Positions 26,427 through 37,613 of a stretch of DNA of 64,000 nucleotides are shown here, one piece after another (within the stretch, counting starts at the first letter, position 1; every line of letters starts with the position of its first letter). The notes below the pieces were generated by a model. That model was not told the DNA's origin and searched no databases. It was given only the letters and a program-made list of their open reading frames with translations. Made by a program: the position numbers and the translations under genes. The DNA is taken from assembly GCA_951406725.2 (NCBI GenBank), contig OX597816.1:113770001-113834000 (forward strand), written 5' to 3'. The DNA comes from Octopus vulgaris. Lineage: Eukaryota.

Positions 26427-26430
<4 letters not shown>
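26125..26430 (-). mobile_element. SINE with family B head and V-domain-like body
   Basis: Head matches 10106-10300; body contains GCAATGGACTGGCATCCCGTCCAG, resembling the V-SINE core (recalled). Confidence 0.75.
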
Positions 26431-26462
<32 letters not shown>

Positions 26463-26659
26463 GCAAACACATATATGTGCGTGTGAGTGCACATATATAT
26501 ATGTACACATATCACTGTATTAACTAGACTATCAGGTGTTGTTAACACACTGCTATTCACAGTGTACTTCCTCACATTGTTGTAGCTTTCAAATGATGAC
26601 ACCCCACTGGTTATGCTGACAAATCTATGGTGTATAAGTGACCAGGATCAGAGCATTCC

Positions 26660-26825
26660 TCCTGAATAGCATGCCAGTCCTTTGCAGGGTTAGTCATTTG
26701 CAGTTGAGTGGACTGGAGCAACATGAAATGGAATGTTTCATTCAAGAACACACTGCACCTACCAGCGTGGGATTTGAAACCATGACCTACAATTTTAAGT
26801 ACAACACCCTAATTACTATATCACT
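26660..26825 (-). mobile_element. Family C SINE (V-domain-like), degenerate
   Basis: Colinear with 41625-41865. Confidence 0.6.
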
Positions 26826-26896
26826 GTATCATGTATACATTCATGATAAAAAAATAATAATATCTGCGAGAGGATGGGGATGTTTGGGTGTGTATG

Positions 26897-26949
<53 letters not shown>

Positions 26950-26950
<1 letters not shown>

Positions 26951-28230
26951 AGGTTGAAAAGGAACACACGAGTTGATATATATGGAAAAAAAGTCAAGAT
27001 AGAAAATGCTAAAATAATTTTATAAAAAACATTTCAGTACCAGTTTCAGTCATTGAGACTTTTTTAACTGTAAGTATGGGGGACAATTAAATTTTGGAGA
27101 AATTAAAAGAAAAGTTTTTTAAAAGATTATTTGCATAGTGTCCAAATACAAGGGGCATTTTCCTTGTTTCTGCCTGTTTCTTTCTCATTTATTCTTGTGG
27201 GTTCAAGGTCGTTGTGAATTTTTGGTAGGGAAGAAGAAGAATGTGGAAGTGCCATGACAGTAGTATATTGAATGGTCAACTGCCCCAAAAGTTACCTGCT
27301 GTGGATAGTAGTAGTGATTGAATTCCTGAAACATCTCTCTTGACTATTTTGTTTATAAAATTTGCATAGGTGTTATTCTAAACAGCAATAGTGGTAAAGT
27401 TAGGAAGAAGACAAAGAAGAAGAAGAAAAAGAAAGAGAAGGGAGAATAAGAAGGAATGTAGGTAGTATGAAAGTAGTAAGGTGTTAAATGGTCAAGTGAT
27501 CTAAAATTGGCTCACTATGGATAATAGCAGTGATTGGGACTGTTTTTAAATGAATTCTTGGGAATCTATTGAGTGTATCATTTTTAATATTTGTGTGTAT
27601 ATTTGTGTTATTCTAAGGCCGTGGTGGATGTGTTGTTTGTTGTAGATGTGTTCAAAAGGGGTCTGTATTTTGTAATAAAGAGAATCTCTTTACTACTTCG
27701 TTAGCTACAGGTTGTATTGTCCCTGAAGTGGTAGAGGGGGAAAATTCTGAAGCTTGGATTTTTGTTATTGGTGCAAATGGCTATGTGTTGGCTAAATGCT
27801 ATTTTTCTGTTTTGGGGAATTTTGATCTGGGATCTGTGCAGAGCCATTCTTTTACGTTGACTGTTTTTTGTTTGACCTATGTATTGCTCTTGACATCCAG
27901 AGCAGATTAGTGCGTATATCAAGTTCTCCAAAGTACATGTGAAGTTGCTTTTCACTGTGAAATGTTGTCCCTCTTTAAAAGGGAATTCTGATCCCTCAAA
28001 TTTATGCATAGCCCACAGTTGGATCTTCCGCATTTTTTTACTGACGGCTTCTGTGTTGTTGTTGAGTGTATTCGAGCTTGTGTTAGGAGACTTTTCATAG
28101 ATTTGGGCCATCTCTTACTTTTTATAATGGTGTGTGTTTGGAGGATTAGGTTCATTCTGTGGTCCTTTTTTAGCAGAGGAATGTTTTGAAGGATGATATC
28201 GAAGGCTTCATTGTTGAGAGGGTTACTTTT
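26950..28230 (-). mobile_element. Penelope-like element 3' portion: GIY-YIG endonuclease remnant plus 3' repeat region
   Basis: KCGRSNCGLC linker, then FTCTLENLIYALICSGCQEQYIGQT...RMALH...FSQH...KE....KYRP.LN, typical of PLE endonucleases; frameshift near 28000; hammerhead-like remnant at 27035-27070. Confidence 0.85.
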
Positions 28231-31200
28231 AGCTTATATGTCTGTCAAAGTTCTTTCATGACATTAATGCAATTATATTTTCAAACGTCACCATTTTTGT
28301 GTTTGGAACAAAGACTTATAATGTCTTAAATATCCATTTATTAGGATTGTGGGGCTTCAAAACCTAAGTCCATATACATATTTGTGGGTATCAGAGGACG
28401 TTAGTTATCAGACAAGAAAAGATGGAGCTTTGTTGTGAGTCTCAGATGTTACAGTAGTACTGTTTTTGTGGTCAATGAAAAAACATATTATGTCAGCCCT
28501 TTTTTAACTTTATGTTCTTGATGCAGATGACTACCCAGGGGAATTTTTTCTAGTGCTGTTATTTTAAATTACTTAAAGAGTGAATCATTTGTCTCAACAA
28601 TTTCTATATGTTCTCTCACTTAAACATCTAGTAGGTGTGACTGAAAATGTTTTACTGAAGAGGTCTAATAATACAGAAATATGTCTGGAGTAGTCATTGT
28701 ATTTAACAATCAGGCTCACTTCTCAGTGTGTGTCCCCATTCAATTTTATAATCAATTTGGATTTGAAAGCTACTTTTCTTGCCTTTCTCAACAAGAATTA
28801 TCATTAAAGCTAATGATTTTTCTCTTCATTATAGGTATATAAAAAAAATATAATTGATTGAAAATTGGGGATAAGGTTGGCTCACTACACTAAGTTAGTT
28901 AGTTGCTACTCATTTGATTAATAGCACAATGTAACTTAACAACATCAACGTTTTAAAGTTACCAAGCTCAACGTTTTAAAGTTACCAAACAAAATAACTG
29001 TTTGTTAAGAATATAGTGTATCACTTCTTGTCTGCATGTATTCTAAAGTAGCTTTTGTTCCCCCAAACATCTGACACCTCGATGAAGTGAGCTACCAATC
29101 TTTCTCCATTACTCTTCTTTCTCTCTCTCTCTCTCACTGTCATTGTTTATATTTCTACACATTTTTCCCACTTCAGTTGTTGTCATTTTGGCCTCAAGTC
29201 AAATCTGACTGAGCAGACTCAAGATCGCAACTATTTTAGTCATGGTCATCTAGTCCTTCTCAAGAACATTGCATGTCTAGAGCAACAATATCCTATGTCT
29301 CTCAAATTTCCAAGACAGTTTGGTGTCATTTGAAAGAGACTTGTCTGCTATTTTAAGCATATTCGGTGACTACATTGAGGCATCTTTCATTAGCTCAGTG
29401 GTGGTGTTGTTACAATGCCTTTTTTCCAGCGCACAAATTTAAAATCTGCCATAATTTTATAATGACCATCTCTTTAGAAAAACATTTTTATAGAAAATAA
29501 AATGATTTATTTGAACTGGAGAATACCTAAGACATGAATTTATAATGCTATGTTAAGGAATGGAAGAAGAATCTAAGAAAGAAAATAAAACCAAAAGCCA
29601 CCTTTGAGAGACTGTACTCGGTATTTGATGTATTATCAGAGAGAAAATATGTGATAAAGTATGTTAACTGAAGTTCGGAGTATTTGCAAATCTTATAAAG
29701 ATCAGGTTTTTTTTATTAATAGAAAAATTATATTTTCATAACAGAGTTGGTATGACACTTATTTCTTGGAAACAGACTATTTTTCTGGAAGTAGTAATCG
29801 AAGAAGCTTAGCAGGAGGAGGATACTGATTTTAAGTTATTGTGAAGTTAATAGGTTTGTAACACAATAGTAAACTCATTTTGATATATCTGAAAAAAAAA
29901 AAGAAAAGATGTAGTTTAATATTCTGTTAAAATTAGTTATTGACTGACTTGACAAATCTGGTGTTGAGATTTGAAAGTAAAGATATCTAATAAAAACTAG
30001 AATGCTTCCATTTAGAAAGAACTCAACTCCATTAAATTTCAATGTCTGTTGTATAGGAGATTCTAGATTGGAAGCATGTTAAGGTAAATATGTGTCAATA
30101 CTTGCATTGAATACCGAAACCTCGGAGCCATATTAAAGAATTTTATAGACAGTCGATGATTTGGAGTTGGATTTAAAGAAAAGCATTGTACAAAGAATAA
30201 ATTATGAAAAAGAAATACAATAAAAGGTTAAGATTCAAAAGAAGATAATGATGTGTAGACTGAGAAGATAAATGAATGGAACATTAATGAATGAAAATTT
30301 AATCAAGGAAGCATTAAAAACTGTAAACTAGATTATAGGAAAACTTTTCCTTTATTTGATCTCAATTAAGAAGAAGATTTCTTTTTCAAAATCAGGGCTT
30401 CATTAAGAAGAGTATATTAACTAAACATTACATGAAAAACGAAGACATCAAAAAGGGAATCAATTGATTAAAGTAACACTGCTACATAAAAAGTTGTAAA
30501 TTGGGTTTAAAAAAAAACATCAAGATACTTGGATACAGTAAAAACAAAGCAATTATACAGAAAAATTCAAGACACTTAGTAGTAAAGAATTCTTAGATTA
30601 ATGCTTATAATTATTACTAAATAAAACCTTTCACATGAATATTTTTAACTATGTATTTTTTATCTGTCTTTCTGTACTGACATAAATTGGTCGCTTCTGA
30701 AAATTTATATTTTTGTATGAGTTCTAGGAGCAGATATGCTTTTTCTTTTCTAGATGGCTTTGCTGTGAAGGAAAATAATAACCATCTTGCTATAAAATAG
30801 TATGGAAGTTACTAACCTCATGAAATATTTTCTATGTGGTAATTTGAAATGTTAGAAAGAGCAGCCAAAACTTCCCTTAATTATACACTACTGTCTTTTA
30901 AAAATGCATCACATTAGATAATATAGTCTGGGGTACACAATGTTTGAACAAGAAAGATGGGATGGTCATAATTAGGATACCTTTGGTCTTATATGTACTC
31001 AATCAAAGCTGATCTTGAACAATTGTACTGATGAGTCTCTGTACTAGAAATAACAACGAGATCTTCCCATCACAACCTGCCATCTTTAAAAAGAGGCACA
31101 CTTTTGGACTATATACTCACAGTTATGTAAAAACAAGATGTTTATAACTGGAATGTCTTTGATCATTGGTCTATCAGTTGTAACCTGGGGTTAAACAATA

Positions 31201-31253
31201 ACATCAACAACAATAAAAGAAATTAAATTACCATTCGGAAGTCTTCTTTTCAG

Positions 31254-32309
31254 GTACATGACACTTCTGTCCCCAATCCCAGGGTCCCACAGGCCCACAC
31301 CTCTCACACCCTCAGAGTTGGCACACTCAATGTTGGCACATTGAAAGGTAGGTCTGGTGAGATTGTCGAGCTGCTTGAACGGAGACGTGTGGATTTGTGC
31401 TGCATCCAAGAAGTAAGGTGGAGAGGAGGTTCTGCTAGGTTCCTCACAGGCAAGGAATACAGGTACAAGATTTTCTGGGCAGGGAACACTGACAGCATTG
31501 GGGGCATGGGTATACTTCTTGCAGAGAAATTGGTTGATAAGGTAGTCGAGGTAGTCAGAGTATGTGACAGAATACTTAAGATTAGACTAGTGCTTTATCG
31601 TAGGTCAGCAACCATTATCGTGGCATATGCCTCTCACCCGAGGCTATCAGAAGGACAGAAAGACCGATTCTATGACACCCTATTACAGACTACCTCGTTG
31701 ACAAATGACAGTGACCTTCTCTTTGTGGCAGGTGACTTCAATGGACATGTTGGACGGCATGTCGGGGGCTTCCATGGCATACACAGGGGCTACGGTTTTG
31801 GTTCTTGCAATGAGGAGAGAACCAGGCTGCTGGAGTTCTGCGATGCAAATGACCTTATGATTTGCAATACCAGCTTCAGGAAACCCACCTCTCACCTAGT
31901 CACCTACCGCTCTGGCAGACACACTAGCCAGATTGACTACATCCTCGCCAGAAAGAGGGAAAGAGGGCTACTTAGAAATGCCAAAACCTTCCCAGGCAAG
32001 GAATGTACTCCTCAACATATATTAGTAGTTAGCGACTTCAGGATCAGGGCCAAATGGCTGCCCAGAAGAAGACCAGCTCGGAGGAGAAGAGTCTGGAAAC
32101 TTAAAGATCCTGTAAATGGACAGAGATTTAGAGAAGTTCTACTCGACGAAATAGAAGGGGATATAGCATCACATAATGTGGAAGCCAACTGGAGGTTTCT
32201 ACGGGACAATCTACTGAGAGCCACTGACCAGATCTGTGGATGGAGCAAAGTCCCATCTCGTCCCAGGGTAACGTGGTGGTGGAACGAATGTTGTAGACAG
32301 GGCTATTAG
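31254..32309 (+). pseudogene. LINE AP-endonuclease domain
   Basis: Motifs TLNVGTL, LCCIQEVRW, VAYA, GDFNGHVG, SQIDYIL, QHILVV. Confidence 0.92.
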
Positions 32310-34312
32310 AGACAAGAGACAGGCTTGGAAGGACTGGAGGAAAGGCGGTAGTAGGGAATTGTATCAGACTGCGAAAAGAGAAGCTAGGAGACAGGTATAT
32401 TTAGCTAGAGGGGAAGCAGATAAGAAAAAATTTGCCAATGTTCTGCGCCGTGAGGACCAAAGACTTGAGGTGTTTCATGTTGCAAGACAGTGTGTGAGAG
32501 AGAATCGTGATGTGGTAGGAGAGAAATGTGTTCGCATGGATGATGGTTCACTTGTGCTAAATGAGGATGCAAAGAGAGAGGTTTGGAGATGCTACTATGA
32601 AGGGTTGCTCAACAAAGAGAATGAATGGGATAAAGAGAGTCTGCCGAATGTCAACCCAATAGAGGGACCAGCTATCCGAGTTGACAGTTCCATGGTAGTT
32701 AAGGCAATTGGAAGCATGAAGACAGGGAAAGCCCCAGGCCCATCAGGAATTATTGCTGAGATGCTCAAAATATCTGGCAGTGTCAGCTATAGCCTAGTTA
32801 TCCGTATAGTTATACCCAATGACTGGTGTAGTAGCATAATAGTCAACTGCTACAAAGGTAAAGGTGACGCCCTAGATACAAGTAATTACAGAGGTATTAA
32901 GCTGTTGGATCAGGTAATGAAGGTTACGGAAAGGGTCATAGCCCAACTGATTAGAGAGAGAGTCAACCTAGATGAGATGCAGTTTGGTTTCGTGCCAGGG
33001 AAAAGCACCACTGATGCCATATTTCTGGTGAGACAACTGCAGGAGAAATACCTAGCCAAAGATAAAACTCTGTACCTGGCTTTCGTTGACTTGGAGAAAG
33101 CCTTTGACAGGGTCCCCCGATCCCTTATCTGGTGGTCAATGAGGAAACTAGGGATAGATGAATGGTTAGTGAGAGCTGTGCGTGCCATGTACAGGGACGC
33201 TGTTAGTAAGGTGAGGGTTGGCAATGGGTACAGTGAAGAATTCCGGGTGGAGGTTGGGGTCCACCAAAGCTCAGTCCTCAGACCCCTCCTATTTATCATA
33301 GTCTTTCAGGCAATAACGGAGGAATTCAAGACAGGATGCCCCTGGGAGCTCCTCTATGCTGACGACCTTGCTCTAATTGCTGAATCACTATCAGAACTCG
33401 AGGAGAAGTTTCAGGCATGGAAGCAAGGATTAGAATCGAAGGGCCCTTAGTGTCAATCTAGCTAAAACCAAAGTCCTAATAAGTAGGAAGGTAGACAAAT
33501 CTCAAACGCCTTCAGGTAGATGGCCCTGCTCAATCTGTAGAAAAGGCATAGGTAGGAACTCTATAAGATGCACCAAGTGTAAGCTATGGACACATAAGAA
33601 GTGCAGCAATGTCAAAGGAAGGCTAACTAGGAAGATCGGTTTTGTATGTGGCAGATGCTCTGGTTCAATAAAGACTGAAGATGCGCAGAGACCATCTTCC
33701 GCCACATTCCAGGGAGAAAAACTTGAAATAGTTGATAGTTTCCATTACCTAGGTGACCAAGTCAGTAGCGGGGGTGGGTGTGCCGAAAGTGTAACTGCTA
33801 GAGTAAGAATAGCCTGGGCAAAGTTCAGGGAGCTCTTACCTCTGCTGGTGACAAAAGGCCTCTCGCTCAGAGTAAAAGGCAGACTGTATGACGCATGTGT
33901 GTGAACAGCCATGCTACATGGCAGTGAAACATGGGCTGTGACTGCTGAGGATATGCGTAAGCTTGCAAGAAATGAAGCCAGTATGCTCCGTTGGATGTGT
34001 AATGTCAGTGTTCATACCCGACAGAGTGTAAGTGCCTTGAGAGAAAAGTTGGACCTAAGAAGCATCAGATGTGGTGTGCAAGAGAGGCGTCTATGCTGGT
34101 ATGGACACGTAGTAAGAATGGATGAAGTTAGTTGTGTGAAAAAGTGCCACACCCTAGCGGTTGAGGGAACCTGTGGAAGAGGTAGACTCAGGAAAACCTG
34201 GGACGAGGTGGTGAAGAACGACCTTCGCGTTTTAGGTCTCACCGAGGAAATGACCAGAGACCGAGACCTTTGGAAGTATGCTGTACGCGAGAAGACCCGG
34301 CAGGATACGTGA
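32290..34312 (+). pseudogene. LINE reverse transcriptase with inserted PHD-type zinc finger and RTE C-terminus
   Basis: KAPGPSG, NYRGIKLL, QFGF, FVDLEKAFDRV, GVHQ, LLYADDL; then C-x2-C-x10-C-x2-C-x4-H-x2-C-x14-C-x2-C; FHYLG, GSETW, RL.WYGHV.R, GR.RKTW. Confidence 0.92.
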
Positions 34313-34469
34313 GATCATAACCCATGGCCCCTACCTTGGACGTAGTCAGTCCACCTGTGCATACCTTCCCTTCTTGGGACACATAACTCTACTTGTGAAG
34401 ACCTGTTGAGGCAAGTGAAAATCAAATCAAATCAAAATCGATGAACATCAATGGAATTTGTAGTTTTGT

Positions 34470-34745
34470 GGTACCAGTGCTGGTGGCACATAAGAAAACC
34501 ATCCGAACATGGCCGTAGCCAGTACCACATCGACTGGCCTCCGTGCTGGTGGCACGTAACAAACACCATCCGATCGTGGCCGTGCCAGCCTCGCCTGGCA
34601 CGTACAAAACACCATCCGAGCGTAGCCGTTCGCCAGCCTCGTCTGGCACCTGTGTCAGTGGCACATAAAAAACACCATCCGAGCGTGGCCGTTCGCCAGT
34701 CTCGTCTGCCACCTGTGTCAGTGGCACATAAAAAGCACCCACTAC
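34470..34745 (+). repeat. Tandem ~60-bp hairpin-rich units in the LINE 3' UTR
   Basis: Five copies of TGGCAC(G/A)TA-A-rich-(C/A)ACC, mostly separated by ATCCGA..TGGCC and a GCCAG/CTGGC hairpin. Confidence 0.85.
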
Positions 34746-34989
34746 ACTCACGGAGTGGTTGGCGGTAGGAAGGGCATCCAGCTGTAGAAACACTGCCAGA
34801 TCTGACTGGCCTGGTGCAGCCTTTGGGCTTCCCAGACCCCAGTTGAACCGTCCAACCCATGCTAGCATGGAAAGCGGACGTTAAACGATGATGATGATGA
34901 TTCTTTCATTTCACTTGTTTAACAATTCATTATGTCTCCCTAAATTACCATTGTCTGAGTATCTCTTCTTGCATCAATGAATTTCTTAG

Positions 34990-35438
34990 AGCAGCAAGCT
35001 GGCAGAATCCTTAGAATGTCAAGCAAAATGTTAAACAACATTTCTTCTGTCTTTATGTTCTGAGTTCAAGTTCTGCTGAGGTTGACTTTGCCCTTCATCT
35101 TTTCAGGGTCAGTAAAATAAATATCAATTGTGTCCTGAGGCTGATGTAATTGACTTACCCACTTCTCCAGAATTGCTGGCCTTGTGCCAAGATTTGAAAT
35201 CAGTATTTCTCAAGGTTAAGGCAGTGAGTTTGCAGAATCATTACCATTTCAGACAAGATGCTTAGCAACATTTCTTCCAGCTCTTTATGCTTTGATATCA
35301 AATTTTACTGAGGTTGACTTTGTTGTTCATCCTTTCAGGGTCAATAAAATAAAGTACCAGTCAAGTACTGGAGTCGATATAACTGACTTATCTCATCCCT
35401 AAAATTGCTTGCATAGTGCCAAAATTTGAAACCAATAT
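34990..35438 (+). mobile_element. Two tandem Meta-core-type SINEs (34990-35205 and 35218-35438)
   Basis: Both carry GAGGTTGACTTTG..TTCATC.TTTCAGGGTCA.TAAAATAAA and end GTGCCAA.ATTTGAAA.CA.TATTTCTCAAG. Confidence 0.75.
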
Positions 35439-36949
35439 TTCTCAAGATTCATAGCTGTAGTCTAGTTTTAATTTGTCTGCCTCTCTTAATGGATTTTTAC
35501 ATTTTATGATTCAAGTCTTTCACATCCTGGTTGTATTTAGCAGTAGTTCACTTGAAACTATTTCAGTTTTCACATGTAATAATCTTTGCTCAATTTTACA
35601 TTTTTTGAAGCACTCATCAAGATTAGTAGTACTATCTACTCAATTTGTTTTCTTCAGAGAGAAATGCTTTTACAACCTTCAATTAGTTTCCATTTATTGT
35701 CACTTATCCATTCTTTTGTTGATTACAGTGTGTTTACTACAGCATTTAATGCTTGATAAAAATTTCATCTTCAATCAAAACAATTTATCAATAATACCTA
35801 GCAATCAATACCTTGTAATCTATCTGTAGAAGATTCTAGTTTGATTGTAATGCTTGATAAATAACTTTCTTATCTTTTGTGCTTCATCATAAATTTTGAT
35901 TTAGTTACTAATCCTAATGATAATTTACTAAATATTTGTTGATTTTAATTAATCTTTTTTTCTTTTATTCCATAAAAAACTAGGTACTATCTTAATTTTA
36001 ATGCTTCTTTAACACCCACAACAAAAACATCTTTCTGGAATTTAAGTAGTCATTTTTTTATTATGAAGATGATGTAAAACATCCAAAAGGAAGATGTTTA
36101 ATTCAGTCACCATGGTAATATGTAATTATGGATAAAAATTACTCAACCTCTTCCTTCTTTCGTTCCTCTCCCCATTTCCTTCTCATTTCTCAGAAAGATT
36201 GTTTATACAAGGTTCCTATCACTAATTTCAATTCATATGTCTGAATAATTTTTGAAAATTTATAACAAAGATGTATTTTAAAGAACATAGCATGATATAA
36301 TCAAATGTGTTTTAATTCAAAGATAGAAATATTTTAGACTATAATTTGAAATTGGATTCTTATGAATATTAAAATCTTGTATGTTTCTAGTTGCATGAAA
36401 TAGATGGTTGATTGAACATACAAGGCTGTAATTTCAAGATTTCACATAAATCTAAATAAGAGCAACAGTAAAAAAATTAACCCTTTTCATCTCTTAAACT
36501 TGTAGCTTTAATACTTGATTTGAAGGCTTTTCCTAACATCTGTATCTAAAATCTGGTTTATGATATATTTGATTATTCTGTATGTTGTGCAACATCCTAA
36601 GGCATTTATAAATTTTGCAATTCTGCAAAATCTATCTTAAATTTTTAAGTGATGTTTCTTACTTTAATATTATCTTAAGTTTATATTTATAATTGACAAT
36701 ATATATTTCAGCTGCCTTTCAGGTAAAATAATGACATGAATATAATATATAAAAAACATCTATGTATAACATGAATGAAATAAAAAGTATGAATATATTC
36801 TAAGTTATAGATGAAATGCACATAAATATAAATATATATTTCATTATTTTACAAGGTTGAAACATTGACATTATAATTTTTAGACGTTTAAAAATAATGT
36901 TGGAAGATTAAACTTGTTTCTATTGATGTTGCTGTTTTTATGAAGCTTG

Positions 36950-37550
36950 TCACTTCTCTTATTTGCTTTATATTTTCCCTTCCATTGTCATCAGGGTTGA
37001 TCCATTGTCAAGTTAAAGGATTTTGTCATTGTATCAATATTATTACTGGCAGTCTCTCAACGTTGAATATGATTATCCATCAGATTTAAATTTTATAGCC
37101 TTGTATGTCAATATGTAGGCTAATATAGGCTCCAAGAATCTGTTCACAGACTAGACATTCATTGTCTTTGGTTGCTTTGCACTGCATTCAATGATCTGCT
37201 TATTTTTGTGCTATTTCATTCATGTTGTGTCAAAGTGTTTGGCAAAATCTCCACTTGTATAACTCATAAATGGTTCCCACATAGATAGGCAAGACAGCTT
37301 GCTCCAATTCTCATTCATGAGGAACAGACATCGATGTTTTGTTATTTGGGGTGATCTGTCTTGTCTGTCAATGACTTTCAGGTATTTTAACATCCGACAC
37401 TTTGAGGGAATCATCTCCACTGAAGTAAATTGCAGCCTACTGGTGAACAAGGAAAGCACAAACATTGAGTATGTATGGTTGATAATGTTCATAACACTAG
37501 TACTGCTTCTAATTCATATTTCAACGTGTGTGTGTGTGTATGTGTGTATG

Positions 37551-37613
<63 letters not shown>

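Larger units (their letters stand above)
31253..34900 (+). mobile_element. Near full-length RTE-clade LINE, inactivated
   Basis: EN-RT-PHD-thumb coding region 31254-34312 with +1 frameshifts near 32286 and 33445 and a TGA at 33902; structured 3' UTR; (ATG)n tail; possible imperfect TSD TTCTTT(T)CA. Confidence 0.95.

Noticed and set aside
28945-28990. 23-bp tandem duplication TCAACGTTTTAAAGTTACCAA
   Set aside because: Ordinary slippage-type duplication with no further structure.
29500-30560. Purine-rich stretch suggestive of an ancient LINE (also about 4290-4850 and 5150-5600)
   Set aside because: No motif could be read with confidence.
34470-34745. Repeat array as a CRISPR-like locus
   Set aside because: Eukaryotic context, spacers are themselves homologous, no cas genes, and it is part of a LINE 3' UTR.
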